Assembly (NCBI GenBank): GCA_018822545.1 | Contig: JAHJKA010000048.1 | Span: forward strand, 71,487-135,486 | DNA: 64,000 nucleotides | Direction of reading: 5' to 3' | From: Pseudomonadota bacterium | Lineage (GTDB): Bacteria > Desulfobacterota > Desulfobulbia > Desulfobulbales > SURF-16 | In this document: positions 30,765 to 40,030 of the stretch, one piece after another | How positions within the stretch are numbered: the first letter of the stretch is position 1 | Layout: each line of letters begins with the position of its first letter | Position numbers and translations under genes: made by a program | Notes under the pieces: model-generated | What the model saw: the letters and a program-made list of their open reading frames with translations, nothing else | Told to the model about the DNA's origin: nothing | The model's database searches: none

Positions 30765-31552
30765 ATAAAGACCGCCGTGATCAGGTAATTCCACAGCAAG
30801 ACAGCGATGGAGGTATACACAACGGCCTGAGTAGTGACCCTGCTGACTCCTTCGGCGCCAAAGCCGGCATTCTTGATCTGCTGGACAAAATAGCCTCGGC
30901 CTGTGCATATCCAGACCACGAGCAAACCAAACGCCAGCGACTTATAAATGCCGAGGCTAATATCCTCGTTCAGTACCTTGACTTCAATGCCATTCATATA
31001 GGCCCCGGGATTAACGCCAAGCAAAACGACTCCGGAGAGATAGCCACCAAAGATTCCTATGAGATCAAACATGGTGGTCAAGATAGGCAGGGCAATGATG
31101 GTGGCCAAAAACTTCGGGCTGATGAGATAGCGAAAAGGATCAATAGCCATACACTCAAGGGCATCAAATTGCTCGGAGTTGCGCATGATGCCAAGTTCGG
31201 CACACATGGCTGAACCAGCCCTGCCGGTAACCATGAGGGCGGTCAACACCGGACCAAGTTCACGGATGAGACTGAGAGAAACCAGCATCCCCAAGGTACC
31301 CTCCATGCCCACTTTGCTCAGGGTATAATAGCCCTGGAGACCGAGAACCATACCAGTAAACAGCCCGATGAACAGAATAAGAGGGGTAGAATTCACACCG
31401 ATCTGCCGAAGCTGCCGGACAAGCTCTCCCAACCGAAAAGGTCGCTTAAAGCAGCCGGCAAGGGTATAGCCGAGAAAACCCGCCATGCGGCCAAGGTCTC
31501 GTACATGGTAGAGTGTGCCTGCACCCAGCTGTTCTATTGCTCGAACAATCAT
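30761..31552 (-). CDS. mlaE: MlaE permease
   Basis: RELGPVLTAL...GRAGSA..AELG.M. Confidence 0.94.
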   Translation of the reverse strand: MIVRAIEQLGAGTLYHVRDLGRMAGFLGYTLAGCFKRPFRLGELVRQLRQIGVNSTPLILFIGLFTGMVLGLQGYYTLSKVGMEGTLGMLVSLSLIRELGPVLTALMVTGRAGSAMCAELGIMRNSEQFDALECMAIDPFRYLISPKFLATIIALPILTTMFDLIGIFGGYLSGVVLLGVNPGAYMNGIEVKVLNEDISLGIYKSLAFGLLVVWICTGRGYFVQQIKNAGFGAEGVSRVTTQAVVYTSIAVLLWNYLITAVFI

Positions 31553-31685
31553 AAGATTAAGTAGATATCCCTGGCCATTTTAAAAAACAAGGGGGCCAAA
31601 AGACGCCTTTAATTGATAAGTTAAACTCTTAAAAACAGTAATCCCAAGGTGTTGAAAAGGATTGTTGGTAAAATCCTAGCGTTTG

Positions 31686-31715
31686 ATACTACTCAGTTAC
31701 TGGGAAAATTGTCAA
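31686..31715 (-). promoter_or_regulatory. Putative sigma70 promoter of the mla operon
   Basis: TTGACA-N18-TAGTAT on the minus strand. Confidence 0.5.
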
Positions 31716-31855
31716 GGTTTTCAAAGAGAAACATTCCTGACAAATTAGGGGGAATCACCGTTATGATATGGTAGAAATAAATAATTCCTGCCTACGGTCA
31801 AGCAGTCATGGACTGCCGGACCCAATTCTTCACTTATTTTTATAAATAGTTTGCA

Positions 31856-33550
31856 ATGCATATAAAACTCATCGGCTGCAACGGCCGTTATACCCACTCC
31901 ACCTTAAGCCTATTTTATCTGCGGCAGATTTTCGAAAAAAACATCACCGATGTCCGCCTCACTATCCAACAGTTCACCATCAACGATTCCTATTTCGAGA
32001 CCCTGACCCGGATAACCGATGAGGCCGCAGAGTGTTACTGTTTCTCTGTCTATATCTGGAACAGCACCTTTATCCAGCGCCTCCTTGAGGACCTCAGTCA
32101 TCTTCGACCAAGTGTCCCTCTTGTAATAGGAGGCCCGGAGGCCGCTGAACTTACAAAACTGCTTGACCTTGACAACCTTACTCTTGTTACAGGTGAGGCA
32201 GAGGGCCTACCCACGGTTTTTTTTGACGATCTCAACACACATCAACTTAAAAAGACGTATCAATGCCGAAAAACGCCTTCGTTTTCTTCCCCTTACAGGG
32301 ATGCAGACTTCCTCGGCCCCCTTGCCAACCGCCATATATATTATGAATCGTCCCGGGGCTGCCCCTATTCCTGTTCCTACTGTCTCTCGGCACGTGAAAC
32401 AGGTGTCCGGCATCTGGAAATTAACCAGGTCAAAGAAGAAATTGACCTCATCCTCAAATACCAACCCAAGATTATTCGATTTATTGACCGGACCTTCAAC
32501 GCCCTGCCCCAGCGCACCCTGGAAATCTGGCGCCATCTGCTTGCCTTGCAGACCGACACCTCCTTTCATTTTGAAATTTCGCCGGATATTTTTACCGACG
32601 AAATGTTTGAGCTCCTGGAAAGCGTCCCGGTCGGAAAGTTTCAGTTTGAGATAGGCCTGCAATCCACCCACGAACCAACCCTGGCCGCAGTGGCAAGAAA
32701 GACAAAAATTAGCCAGGCCTTAGACAATATCAAAAGACTGGTTACCATCAAGACCATTCATCTCCATGTTGATCTGATTTTAGGACTTCCCCATGATACA
32801 CCCGAATCGTATCAGCAGACATTCAATGATCTTTTTGCCCTTGCCCCCCATTATATCCAGATGGGTCTTCTAAAAATACTGCCGGACACCCCTCTTGCCC
32901 GCCAACAGCAAGAGTTTGGCCTGGTTGCCAGCAGACAGCCGCCCTACGAACTCCTGCAAAACAAGTGGCTCTCCCACGAACAACTCAAAGAGCTTTACTG
33001 GCTTGGGGAATGCGTGGAAAAATTCTACAACTGTCTTTTTTTTAAACCGCTCTTTACCTATCTGCGTGCCCAAAACGAAAACGGCTTTCTTTTTTTCACC
33101 ACTTTGCTGACCATCTGCCACAAGCATAATTTTTTCAGGCACGCCGCAACCCATGAATTGATGAGCAGTATCCTCGCCGAAATGGCCCAAACTCGACAAG
33201 ACACAACGTCGTTGCTTGAGGTTCTCCAACTGAGCTGGCTTTATTCAGGACACCGGAAACTTCCAGACCATCTTCCCCCTCAGGACCTGAAAAAAAACAA
33301 GGCTCGCCTTTTTCAGCAACTTCCGCAAAATCTGCCGCCCTATTTCAGCCACGTTAATCGCAATCATTTTTTCAAAAGAGCGGAGTTTGCCCTTTTTGGA
33401 CCCACAACACTGCGCACCCTCTTTCATTATCAAGGCACCAGCCCTCGCCTTATCTGTTTTCTGCCCGATATCCAAAAGGGCGCCATGAAACATAATGAAA
33501 TACTGCTGGTTGCTGACGACAATCTCTCCTTGCAGCCGCAAGGTAAGTGA
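31856..33550 (+). CDS. B12-binding radical SAM protein (DUF4080-type C-terminus)
   Basis: FSVYIWN..GGPE B12-like domain; SRGCPYSCSYCLS. Confidence 0.88.
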   Translation: MHIKLIGCNGRYTHSTLSLFYLRQIFEKNITDVRLTIQQFTINDSYFETLTRITDEAAECYCFSVYIWNSTFIQRLLEDLSHLRPSVPLVIGGPEAAELTKLLDLDNLTLVTGEAEGLPTVFFDDLNTHQLKKTYQCRKTPSFSSPYRDADFLGPLANRHIYYESSRGCPYSCSYCLSARETGVRHLEINQVKEEIDLILKYQPKIIRFIDRTFNALPQRTLEIWRHLLALQTDTSFHFEISPDIFTDEMFELLESVPVGKFQFEIGLQSTHEPTLAAVARKTKISQALDNIKRLVTIKTIHLHVDLILGLPHDTPESYQQTFNDLFALAPHYIQMGLLKILPDTPLARQQQEFGLVASRQPPYELLQNKWLSHEQLKELYWLGECVEKFYNCLFFKPLFTYLRAQNENGFLFFTTLLTICHKHNFFRHAATHELMSSILAEMAQTRQDTTSLLEVLQLSWLYSGHRKLPDHLPPQDLKKNKARLFQQLPQNLPPYFSHVNRNHFFKRAEFALFGPTTLRTLFHYQGTSPRLICFLPDIQKGAMKHNEILLVADDNLSLQPQGK

Positions 33551-33881
33551 AGATCATAATTTGATCGGTCAAAGCAGATTCTGGCCAGGTAGGGGTGCAG
33601 ATTCTGATCCCTTAAAGCTATTTTTCATCCTACCCCCTTCATGTGCTACAAAATACCGCACATCCTCACAACCTCCTCATTTATTAAAAAAATATATATA
33701 ATACCAGCAAGTTACTCAATACATCACTTTCAACAATCATGTAAACAGGGCGAATACTGCTTCCCCAATCCCTAATAAGAAAAGAAAAAAAATCTCTCAT
33801 CTTCCCATGGCCATAATCTTGCTAGGAAAAGGTGTATGAGATTTACATTATAAACCCCATCAAAATCAAGGGAGGTTGCGA

Positions 33882-34124
33882 ATGGATGTAGAGAGTATCA
33901 CCCCGGATCAAATCCTGGACACGAAAGGTTTAAGCTGCCCAATGCCCTTACTCAAGACCAAAAAGGCAATTAATGCTCTCAACTCAGGACAAATTTTAGA
34001 AGTAATGGGGACTGACCCAGGCTCCAAAAACGACCTGCCAAACTGGTGCGATCGTTCCGGCCATGCATTTCTTGGCGATAAAGAGGAAAACGGTTTTTTC
34101 CGGTTCTTTATTCAGAAAGGCTAG
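33882..34124 (+). CDS. tusA: TusA/SirA family sulfur carrier
   Basis: LDTKGLSCPMP; GGGAGG SD upstream of ATG 33882. Confidence 0.9.
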   Translation: MDVESITPDQILDTKGLSCPMPLLKTKKAINALNSGQILEVMGTDPGSKNDLPNWCDRSGHAFLGDKEENGFFRFFIQKG

Positions 34125-34155
34125 TCGCCAAACAATCGGCTGACAGTTGTAACTA

Positions 34156-34208
34156 TCTAAAAAGAAATCCCCGGCAGGCTCAGAGCCGACCGGGGATTTC
34201 TTTTTAGA
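34156..34208. terminator. Bidirectional terminator between tusA and the TPR gene
   Basis: 19-bp inverted repeat TCTAAAAAGAAATCCCCGG / CCGGGGATTTCTTTTTAGA. Confidence 0.8.
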
Positions 34209-34253
34209 ACCATGTTGCCGATAACCCAACCTGGGTTATTCTCATTACCGACC

Positions 34254-34904
34254 TCACGTCTTACGGCGTGGTCCGCATTTCTTTTTCTTTGTCGAAGCCT
34301 CAGCGACCTTATTCCCAGATGGCGAAGGGCGAGACCGAGACCGTGTCCCTCCCCCACCACTATTAAGAAGCGCCTGGCGGGTACGCATGACCGAAGCCAC
34401 ATCTGATTCTATGACAATACGTTCCCTGGGAGAGGTCTGCACATAACATTTCTCAATCATACTGAGGGCAAATGGATCGTCATCGTCGTAAAGCTTGACA
34501 GAAGAGGCATCGATAATAGCTTGGACATAATCCTTATTGTCATAATATGCAGCACTGCGGAGGCGATAGGCCTTGACACAATCATTGTTTACACGCAAGG
34601 CAGCGGTATAATCATTAATGGCTGCATCAAGTCTATTGGTCTTGTGAAAATACTCGCCCCTGAGCAAATAGGCCTCTTCTGTAGGTCGCACCCGCAATGA
34701 TGCTCCAAGATCTGCCAGTCCATTCCCCTCATCTCCCATGGCAAGATAAGCCCGACTCCGGTAGACATAGTAAGAATGCAGGCGTTCGGCCGGTGCGGTG
34801 GCAATGGCCTGCGTCAACTCATCAATGGTAACGGCTCTAGCCTGTTTGGATAATGGAGAGACAAAAGCTCCGAGCAGAACAAAGATGACAAAGAGATATT
34901 TCAT
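34254..34904 (-). CDS. Secreted TPR-repeat protein (extends to 34245 if UGA encodes Sec)
   Basis: Signal peptide ending ARA; TPR-like AY..RG....AI.DY..AL repeats; Gly/Arg/Ser-rich basic tail. Confidence 0.8.
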   Translation of the reverse strand: MKYLFVIFVLLGAFVSPLSKQARAVTIDELTQAIATAPAERLHSYYVYRSRAYLAMGDEGNGLADLGASLRVRPTEEAYLLRGEYFHKTNRLDAAINDYTAALRVNNDCVKAYRLRSAAYYDNKDYVQAIIDASSVKLYDDDDPFALSMIEKCYVQTSPRERIVIESDVASVMRTRQALLNSGGGGTRSRSRPSPSGNKVAEASTKKKKCGPRRKT

Positions 34905-35195
34905 GCTATTTTTTGATTACCACTCTCATTCAGCTTTTTTTTGGGAAGGCCGATCATATGTGGATCTTGTGTCAATAATCCCAAGTTGTTGATGGTTGGC
35001 GGTTTCCAGTCACGGTGTCTGGTTGTATTTATTAGGCTGATGATTTTTTCATTCAACCGTTAGCTGTCACCTGTAAACAGGCAACCCTTCACTCAAACAT
35101 GTAACAATAGGCATCAACCTCCAGGCAACTCTTTATCTACCTCGTCGCCTAACATATTTCACCCCTTAAAAAAAATAATCTGCTGTCTCATTTGC

Positions 35196-35612
35196 TTACT
35201 CACCAATAATTTTCACAAGCACCCTTTTCTTACGGCAGCCATCAAACTCGCCATAAAAAATCTGCTCCCAGGTACCGAAATGTAATTTACCTGCAGTGAC
35301 GGCTACCACCACCTCTCTCCCCATTATCTGTCGTTTCAGATGGGCATCAGCATTATCTTCATACCCATTATGACGATACTGGCTGACAGGGGCATGGGGT
35401 GCCAATTTTTCAAGCCACACCTCATAATCATGATGGAGCCCTGACTCATCATCGTTTATAAAAACAGAAGCCGTGATGTGCATGGCGTTACAAAGCAAAA
35501 GACCCTCTTTAATGCCGCTTTCAGCCAGGCACGCCTCCACCTCCGGGGTAATATTTACCAGGCCCCTTCGGCTGGGGATTTCAAACCACAGTTCCTTGTG
35601 AAAACTCTTCAT
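35196..35612 (-). CDS. yjbQ: YjbQ/UPF0047 family protein
   Basis: [31 protein letters not shown]. Confidence 0.92.
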   Translation of the reverse strand: MKSFHKELWFEIPSRRGLVNITPEVEACLAESGIKEGLLLCNAMHITASVFINDDESGLHHDYEVWLEKLAPHAPVSQYRHNGYEDNADAHLKRQIMGREVVVAVTAGKLHFGTWEQIFYGEFDGCRKKRVLVKIIGE

Positions 35613-35646
35613 CTATTCCTCTTAATTGCAGTGAGCTCAAATAACC

Positions 35647-38280
35647 TCAATTCACAGAGCGAAAGTGAATTTTCCCGTCTTTTTCCTCGACACTATAGCC
35701 TTGCCGCCTGGCTTCACTGAAGATACGCTGGGCCACGGTTGACATATACAGTTCCATCTCCAAAGACATGACAAATGGCTCTTTTTTTTCAAAATATTTA
35801 GCAAGGAGACCAAACTCCTTGATTTCAAGAAGAAACTCAATAGCTGATTCAGCATAATAAGGGCTCTTGGCCGTAAATAATTCTTCAGCTAAACCAATCT
35901 TCTCCTGCCCCTCGCTGTTACGAAATCTGACATATTGACCTATCTGCTTAAGCTCCTCTGGGTCCTTGGCCTGCAGAGTACGCATGGCATCCTTGAACTC
36001 TTTGTTGTTGGCAATTTCGGCCAATCCCCGCCACAAAACATGCCCTATTGCCTGGTCCTGATTTGTAGCCAACATCTGCATGATCGCCCCTTTTATGTCC
36101 TTCTCTCCCAGCATGGCGCCCAGATAAAGGGCTGCGGCACGCAATGGAGGCTCGTTCTCCTGACTTGAAAATTTCCGACTCCAAACACCAGCCTGACCAT
36201 CACGATGGCTGGCAAAATAAGCCAAAGCACTCATTTTTGCACGGCTACTGCTCTCTAGCATTGCCAGCCATTCTTGGGCAAAAGAGGTCGCCTCTTGGGT
36301 TTGAGGAATCCTGGACAAAGACAACAAGGCGTCTTTAAGCACCATGCTATTGACGGGCTCTATTTTGGCGGCGGAAATGATAAAGGGTACGGAGGACACA
36401 TCGCCAATCTCCCCTAAAACAACCATGAGCTGCATCTTTAATTCTGGAGAGGCTAAAGGCTCGGCCAAGGCCGCATGGGCCTGGGCCAGAATTGGTTTGC
36501 CAACGCGAATGAGCCAGTAGCCAGCTTTTTTGGCATCAGAACCAAACTTGGCAAGAGCCTTAATATTTGCGGCAATACCTTCTTCGGAACTTTGGCGAGC
36601 ATACTCATCCACCATCTCTTGACGCCACCTGGCTTCGGCGGCAGCAAGTTCCTGCTGCCGGTTGGCCTCTTTATCCTTTTTCTTTGCCTCTAATACGGCG
36701 AGATAGGTGGGAGAATCTTCACCAAGCAACACAGCCAAGGTGCCACTCATCTGAATGTATCTCTCCGCTGTCAGCTTCTCTTTCAAAAAAAGGGTATCAA
36801 TGGTGTTTCTGGTCTGTGTTAGATATTCAGGAGCGGAAAACTGTAGCAGGATAGCAAATAACTTGGCTGCAATCTGATCCTGACCTGAAAATTTTTCCTT
36901 CGTATCCTGCGCAGAAATAGACCGGTCAAACTGATTCAACACAAAATTAAAACCTACAGGCTGGGGATGGCGTCCCAGAATCTCAGCCACAGAGAGCATC
37001 TCCCCCTGCCCCTCAACCGCATCAATTATGTCAACCAGACGCGCCACATCCACAGGCGTGTCTTCAGAAAGAGATACCAACCCCTTCAGCAAAGCATTAA
37101 TTAAACTCCCCCTAAAATCGTCCATTGGCCGCATGACGATACTTGCCAACTCATTGAACAACAGGGACACTGCGGCCTCGGAATCTATATCCACAAGAAA
37201 AACATACACCTCTTTTCTAACCTGCTGATCATAAAATTCCGGTTCTCCCGCCCTTTCCCGTGGTGGCATAAAGCCAGAGAGCCCGGGCAAGGAAGGGGTA
37301 GCCAAAATTTTACTGACAAAAGGAATGACCTTGTCCTTTTTCTCTAGAAACAAAGGGTGAACTTTAAGATGACCGAGTAGCTGATGGAGATCATTAACAT
37401 AAAAAGGTCCCCACGGTTCCCGACTGAGTTCCCCGAGCTGCTCCAAAAAAAGGCCAAAAGACTCCTCGTCATGATACTGGGTCAGAGCTTGGTATATGGC
37501 GACTCGGGTCTGGGCATAGCTGTTTTGAAAATAGACCACCGCCTCACTGCGGGGCTCAGCAGCAAGTACATCCCTGAAATATGAAAATACCGGCAGCTGC
37601 TGACTGGCAAAATAACGAATGAGACTCTGATGCACCTCAGGCATAACCCGTTTCTGCACCGGTGTCTTATGGGGCAAGGCCGCTTTGCCGATAGCAAGCA
37701 TCTCCTGGCCAAGGCCGGCAAGGCGGGTAGCACAAAGGGCCTTTACCATGGGGGCATACTGATCCGGATTATCCGCATCAAATTGAACAGGGGTCAGCGT
37801 CTCAAAAAAGGCGCGACTGGTATAAAGATTTTTATGGAAAAAATGCAGAAAAGCCCTGGAAAAACGAGCATCATGAAAATGGCGAATAATGGCTTTTTCA
37901 ATCTTCGGATCAATACAAAGATTGCCATCGGCGCGGAGATAATTACTGGCATAGGTCGCAATGCCGTCGCTGTCTCCTTCGGCAAGTAACTGCTCAAAAA
38001 GCGCAAGATTACCGGCCAGTGCCAGCGCGGAGATGGCTGCCTGTCGCCGCCATTTCTTGTCGGAAGCAAGCTCGACAAAACGGGCCTTGACCTCTTCTTT
38101 AGATTGCGGGGCCTTAACAACCTCTTTCAGGTTGGAAAAATAAAAACTGCGCTGCAGACGATACTTATCGGCCTGAGGGCATTGAACAGCCAGATCATCC
38201 TGACTGACGGCCCGACTTTCAAAAGAGCCCCCAGCCAGGAGGAGAAGCATAAAAAATGCGCATAAACAGACTCGCTTCAT
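35647..38280 (-). CDS. Large exported hypothetical protein with HEAT-like helical repeats (~877 aa)
   Basis: Likely start ATG 38280 (GAGG SD absent; follows the hisHF stop by 25 bp); signal peptide MKRVCLCAFFMLLLLAGGSFESRA; LGEIGD and AALYLG segments. Confidence 0.7.
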   Translation of the reverse strand: MKRVCLCAFFMLLLLAGGSFESRAVSQDDLAVQCPQADKYRLQRSFYFSNLKEVVKAPQSKEEVKARFVELASDKKWRRQAAISALALAGNLALFEQLLAEGDSDGIATYASNYLRADGNLCIDPKIEKAIIRHFHDARFSRAFLHFFHKNLYTSRAFFETLTPVQFDADNPDQYAPMVKALCATRLAGLGQEMLAIGKAALPHKTPVQKRVMPEVHQSLIRYFASQQLPVFSYFRDVLAAEPRSEAVVYFQNSYAQTRVAIYQALTQYHDEESFGLFLEQLGELSREPWGPFYVNDLHQLLGHLKVHPLFLEKKDKVIPFVSKILATPSLPGLSGFMPPRERAGEPEFYDQQVRKEVYVFLVDIDSEAAVSLLFNELASIVMRPMDDFRGSLINALLKGLVSLSEDTPVDVARLVDIIDAVEGQGEMLSVAEILGRHPQPVGFNFVLNQFDRSISAQDTKEKFSGQDQIAAKLFAILLQFSAPEYLTQTRNTIDTLFLKEKLTAERYIQMSGTLAVLLGEDSPTYLAVLEAKKKDKEANRQQELAAAEARWRQEMVDEYARQSSEEGIAANIKALAKFGSDAKKAGYWLIRVGKPILAQAHAALAEPLASPELKMQLMVVLGEIGDVSSVPFIISAAKIEPVNSMVLKDALLSLSRIPQTQEATSFAQEWLAMLESSSRAKMSALAYFASHRDGQAGVWSRKFSSQENEPPLRAAALYLGAMLGEKDIKGAIMQMLATNQDQAIGHVLWRGLAEIANNKEFKDAMRTLQAKDPEELKQIGQYVRFRNSEGQEKIGLAEELFTAKSPYYAESAIEFLLEIKEFGLLAKYFEKKEPFVMSLEMELYMSTVAQRIFSEARRQGYSVEEKDGKIHFRSVN

Positions 38281-38305
38281 AGAGGTACCTTGGACTAGGC
38301 AGATA

Positions 38306-39895
38306 TCAACGCGGTTCAATATGCTCTTTGCGCAGATGCTCCTTGATATCGCTGATTTCCACCTCATGGCGGTGAAAAATTCCGGCAGCCAACGCAGCCT
38401 CAGCTTTTGTTTTGGCAAAAACCTCGGAAAAGTGCTCGAGGCAACCAGCGCCGCTTGAGGCAATAATTGGAATGGATACTGCGTCCTTGACCATGTTGAT
38501 GAACTCCAGATCAAAGCCGGAGTTGGTGCCATCCTTATCAATACAGTTTAACAGAAGCTCGCCAGCGCCCAGAGTCTCGCAGGTCTTCGCCAGCTGCACG
38601 GCATCAACATCACGTCCCTCGCGGCCACCTTTTACCGTACACTGATACCAACAATACTGCTCGCCTTGCGGCCCGGGAAAAGCTGTTTTAATGACATGAT
38701 GGATGGTGTCAGATGGCGCTTGAACATAGACCCGACGCGGATCAACCGAAATCACCACGGCCTGGGCACCATAGACATTTGAGATAAGTTCAATGGAGCT
38801 TTTACCGGTTTTCTTACCGGTCTTAAGAAACGCCTCCACCGTATAGACCGCATCCGAGCCAATGGATATCTTGTCCGCCCCGGAACGGAAATATTCAGCG
38901 GCAACATCAAGGGCCGAATAATACTTTCCTTCCGAATCGGTGAACTCACGAATACCGCCGCCAATGGTCAGGGGCACAAAGACGTTTTCCGAGGTGCGCT
39001 GCAGTACCTCAAGCATGGGCTGGTCCTTCATGGGAAAATCACGAAAGCCGGTGATATTCAGGAAGGTAATCTCATCAGCCCCCTCTTCATAATAACGCTT
39101 GGCCAAATCCACCGGCATGCCGAGATTACGAACCTCACCCTTGTCCCGTACGTCGTACTGATCGCCCTTGGTAACCACCAGATCGCCGGCATCATTGGAG
39201 CGGACATCCAGGCACGCAATAATCCTGCGGGCAATTTTAGTCTTGCTGAGCGTGCTGACATCAAGCGGACCAACCGCTTCAAGTGTATCATTTTCGAGAA
39301 AATTCTTAAAAAGGTTGAGACCGGCCTCCCCACTTTTTTCAGGGTGAAACTGAAAAGCGGCAACATTACCCTTCTGGACAGCTGAGATAAATTCGTTGCC
39401 GTAATCGGTGGTGGTGAGCACCCACTGTTTATTGGTCTCCTGCAAGGGGGCGTGGAAGGAGTGGACAAAATAGAGTTTTTCATCCTGAAACCCTTTAAAC
39501 AGAGGGGAACCTTCTTTGTGGATGCGAATGCCGTTCCAGCCGATCTGAGGCACAGCAAGGGCGCCATCTTTAAATCGCTTGACCAGCCCGGGAATCACAC
39601 CTAGCCCGGCAACCCCCAAACACTCTTCACTGCCCTCAAAAAGAGTCTGCAAGCCAAGACAGATCCCAAGAAAGGGCTTGTCTGCCTTGATATGGGCCAG
39701 AAGCGGCTCAATATAGCCCAAAGTACGCAGTCGCTCCATGGCATAACCGAAGCTGCCAACCCCAGGGAAAACAAGTTTTTCCGCCGTGACTATATCTTGC
39801 GGGCAAGCGACATCCCGAATCTCAAAACCTAGTTTTCGAATAGCATTACGGACGCTGCGGACATTGCCGGCCCCGTAGTCAAGAAGTGTGATCAT
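38306..39895 (-). CDS. hisHF: Fused imidazole glycerol phosphate synthase (glutaminase + cyclase)
   Basis: HisH motifs DYGAGN, GICLG.Q, QFHPEKS followed in frame by HisF RIIACLDV, GADKISIGS, ASSGAG. Confidence 0.93.
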   Translation of the reverse strand: MITLLDYGAGNVRSVRNAIRKLGFEIRDVACPQDIVTAEKLVFPGVGSFGYAMERLRTLGYIEPLLAHIKADKPFLGICLGLQTLFEGSEECLGVAGLGVIPGLVKRFKDGALAVPQIGWNGIRIHKEGSPLFKGFQDEKLYFVHSFHAPLQETNKQWVLTTTDYGNEFISAVQKGNVAAFQFHPEKSGEAGLNLFKNFLENDTLEAVGPLDVSTLSKTKIARRIIACLDVRSNDAGDLVVTKGDQYDVRDKGEVRNLGMPVDLAKRYYEEGADEITFLNITGFRDFPMKDQPMLEVLQRTSENVFVPLTIGGGIREFTDSEGKYYSALDVAAEYFRSGADKISIGSDAVYTVEAFLKTGKKTGKSSIELISNVYGAQAVVISVDPRRVYVQAPSDTIHHVIKTAFPGPQGEQYCWYQCTVKGGREGRDVDAVQLAKTCETLGAGELLLNCIDKDGTNSGFDLEFINMVKDAVSIPIIASSGAGCLEHFSEVFAKTKAEAALAAGIFHRHEVEISDIKEHLRKEHIEPR

Positions 39896-40030
39896 TAAGG
39901 TTCACCTGTAACTTTTCATCATCAAAATATGCGCTGCAAAACAAAGAGGGCAACTATAGCAGGACAGGGAGGAATATACCAGTGTTTGCCTTGCTGTTTT
40001 CTGGTCTGGATCTAGCCTGGAGCAGGCCCG

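Noticed and set aside
35068-35155. Two tiny SD-led minus-strand ORFs (13 and 15 codons) ending in TGA
   Set aside because: Too short to distinguish from chance; no SECIS-like hairpin or motif.
38281-38541. N-terminal extension of the 964-aa ORF overlapping hisHF
   Set aside because: A signal peptide begins at ATG 38280; the extension is an alternative frame of the hisHF 3' end.
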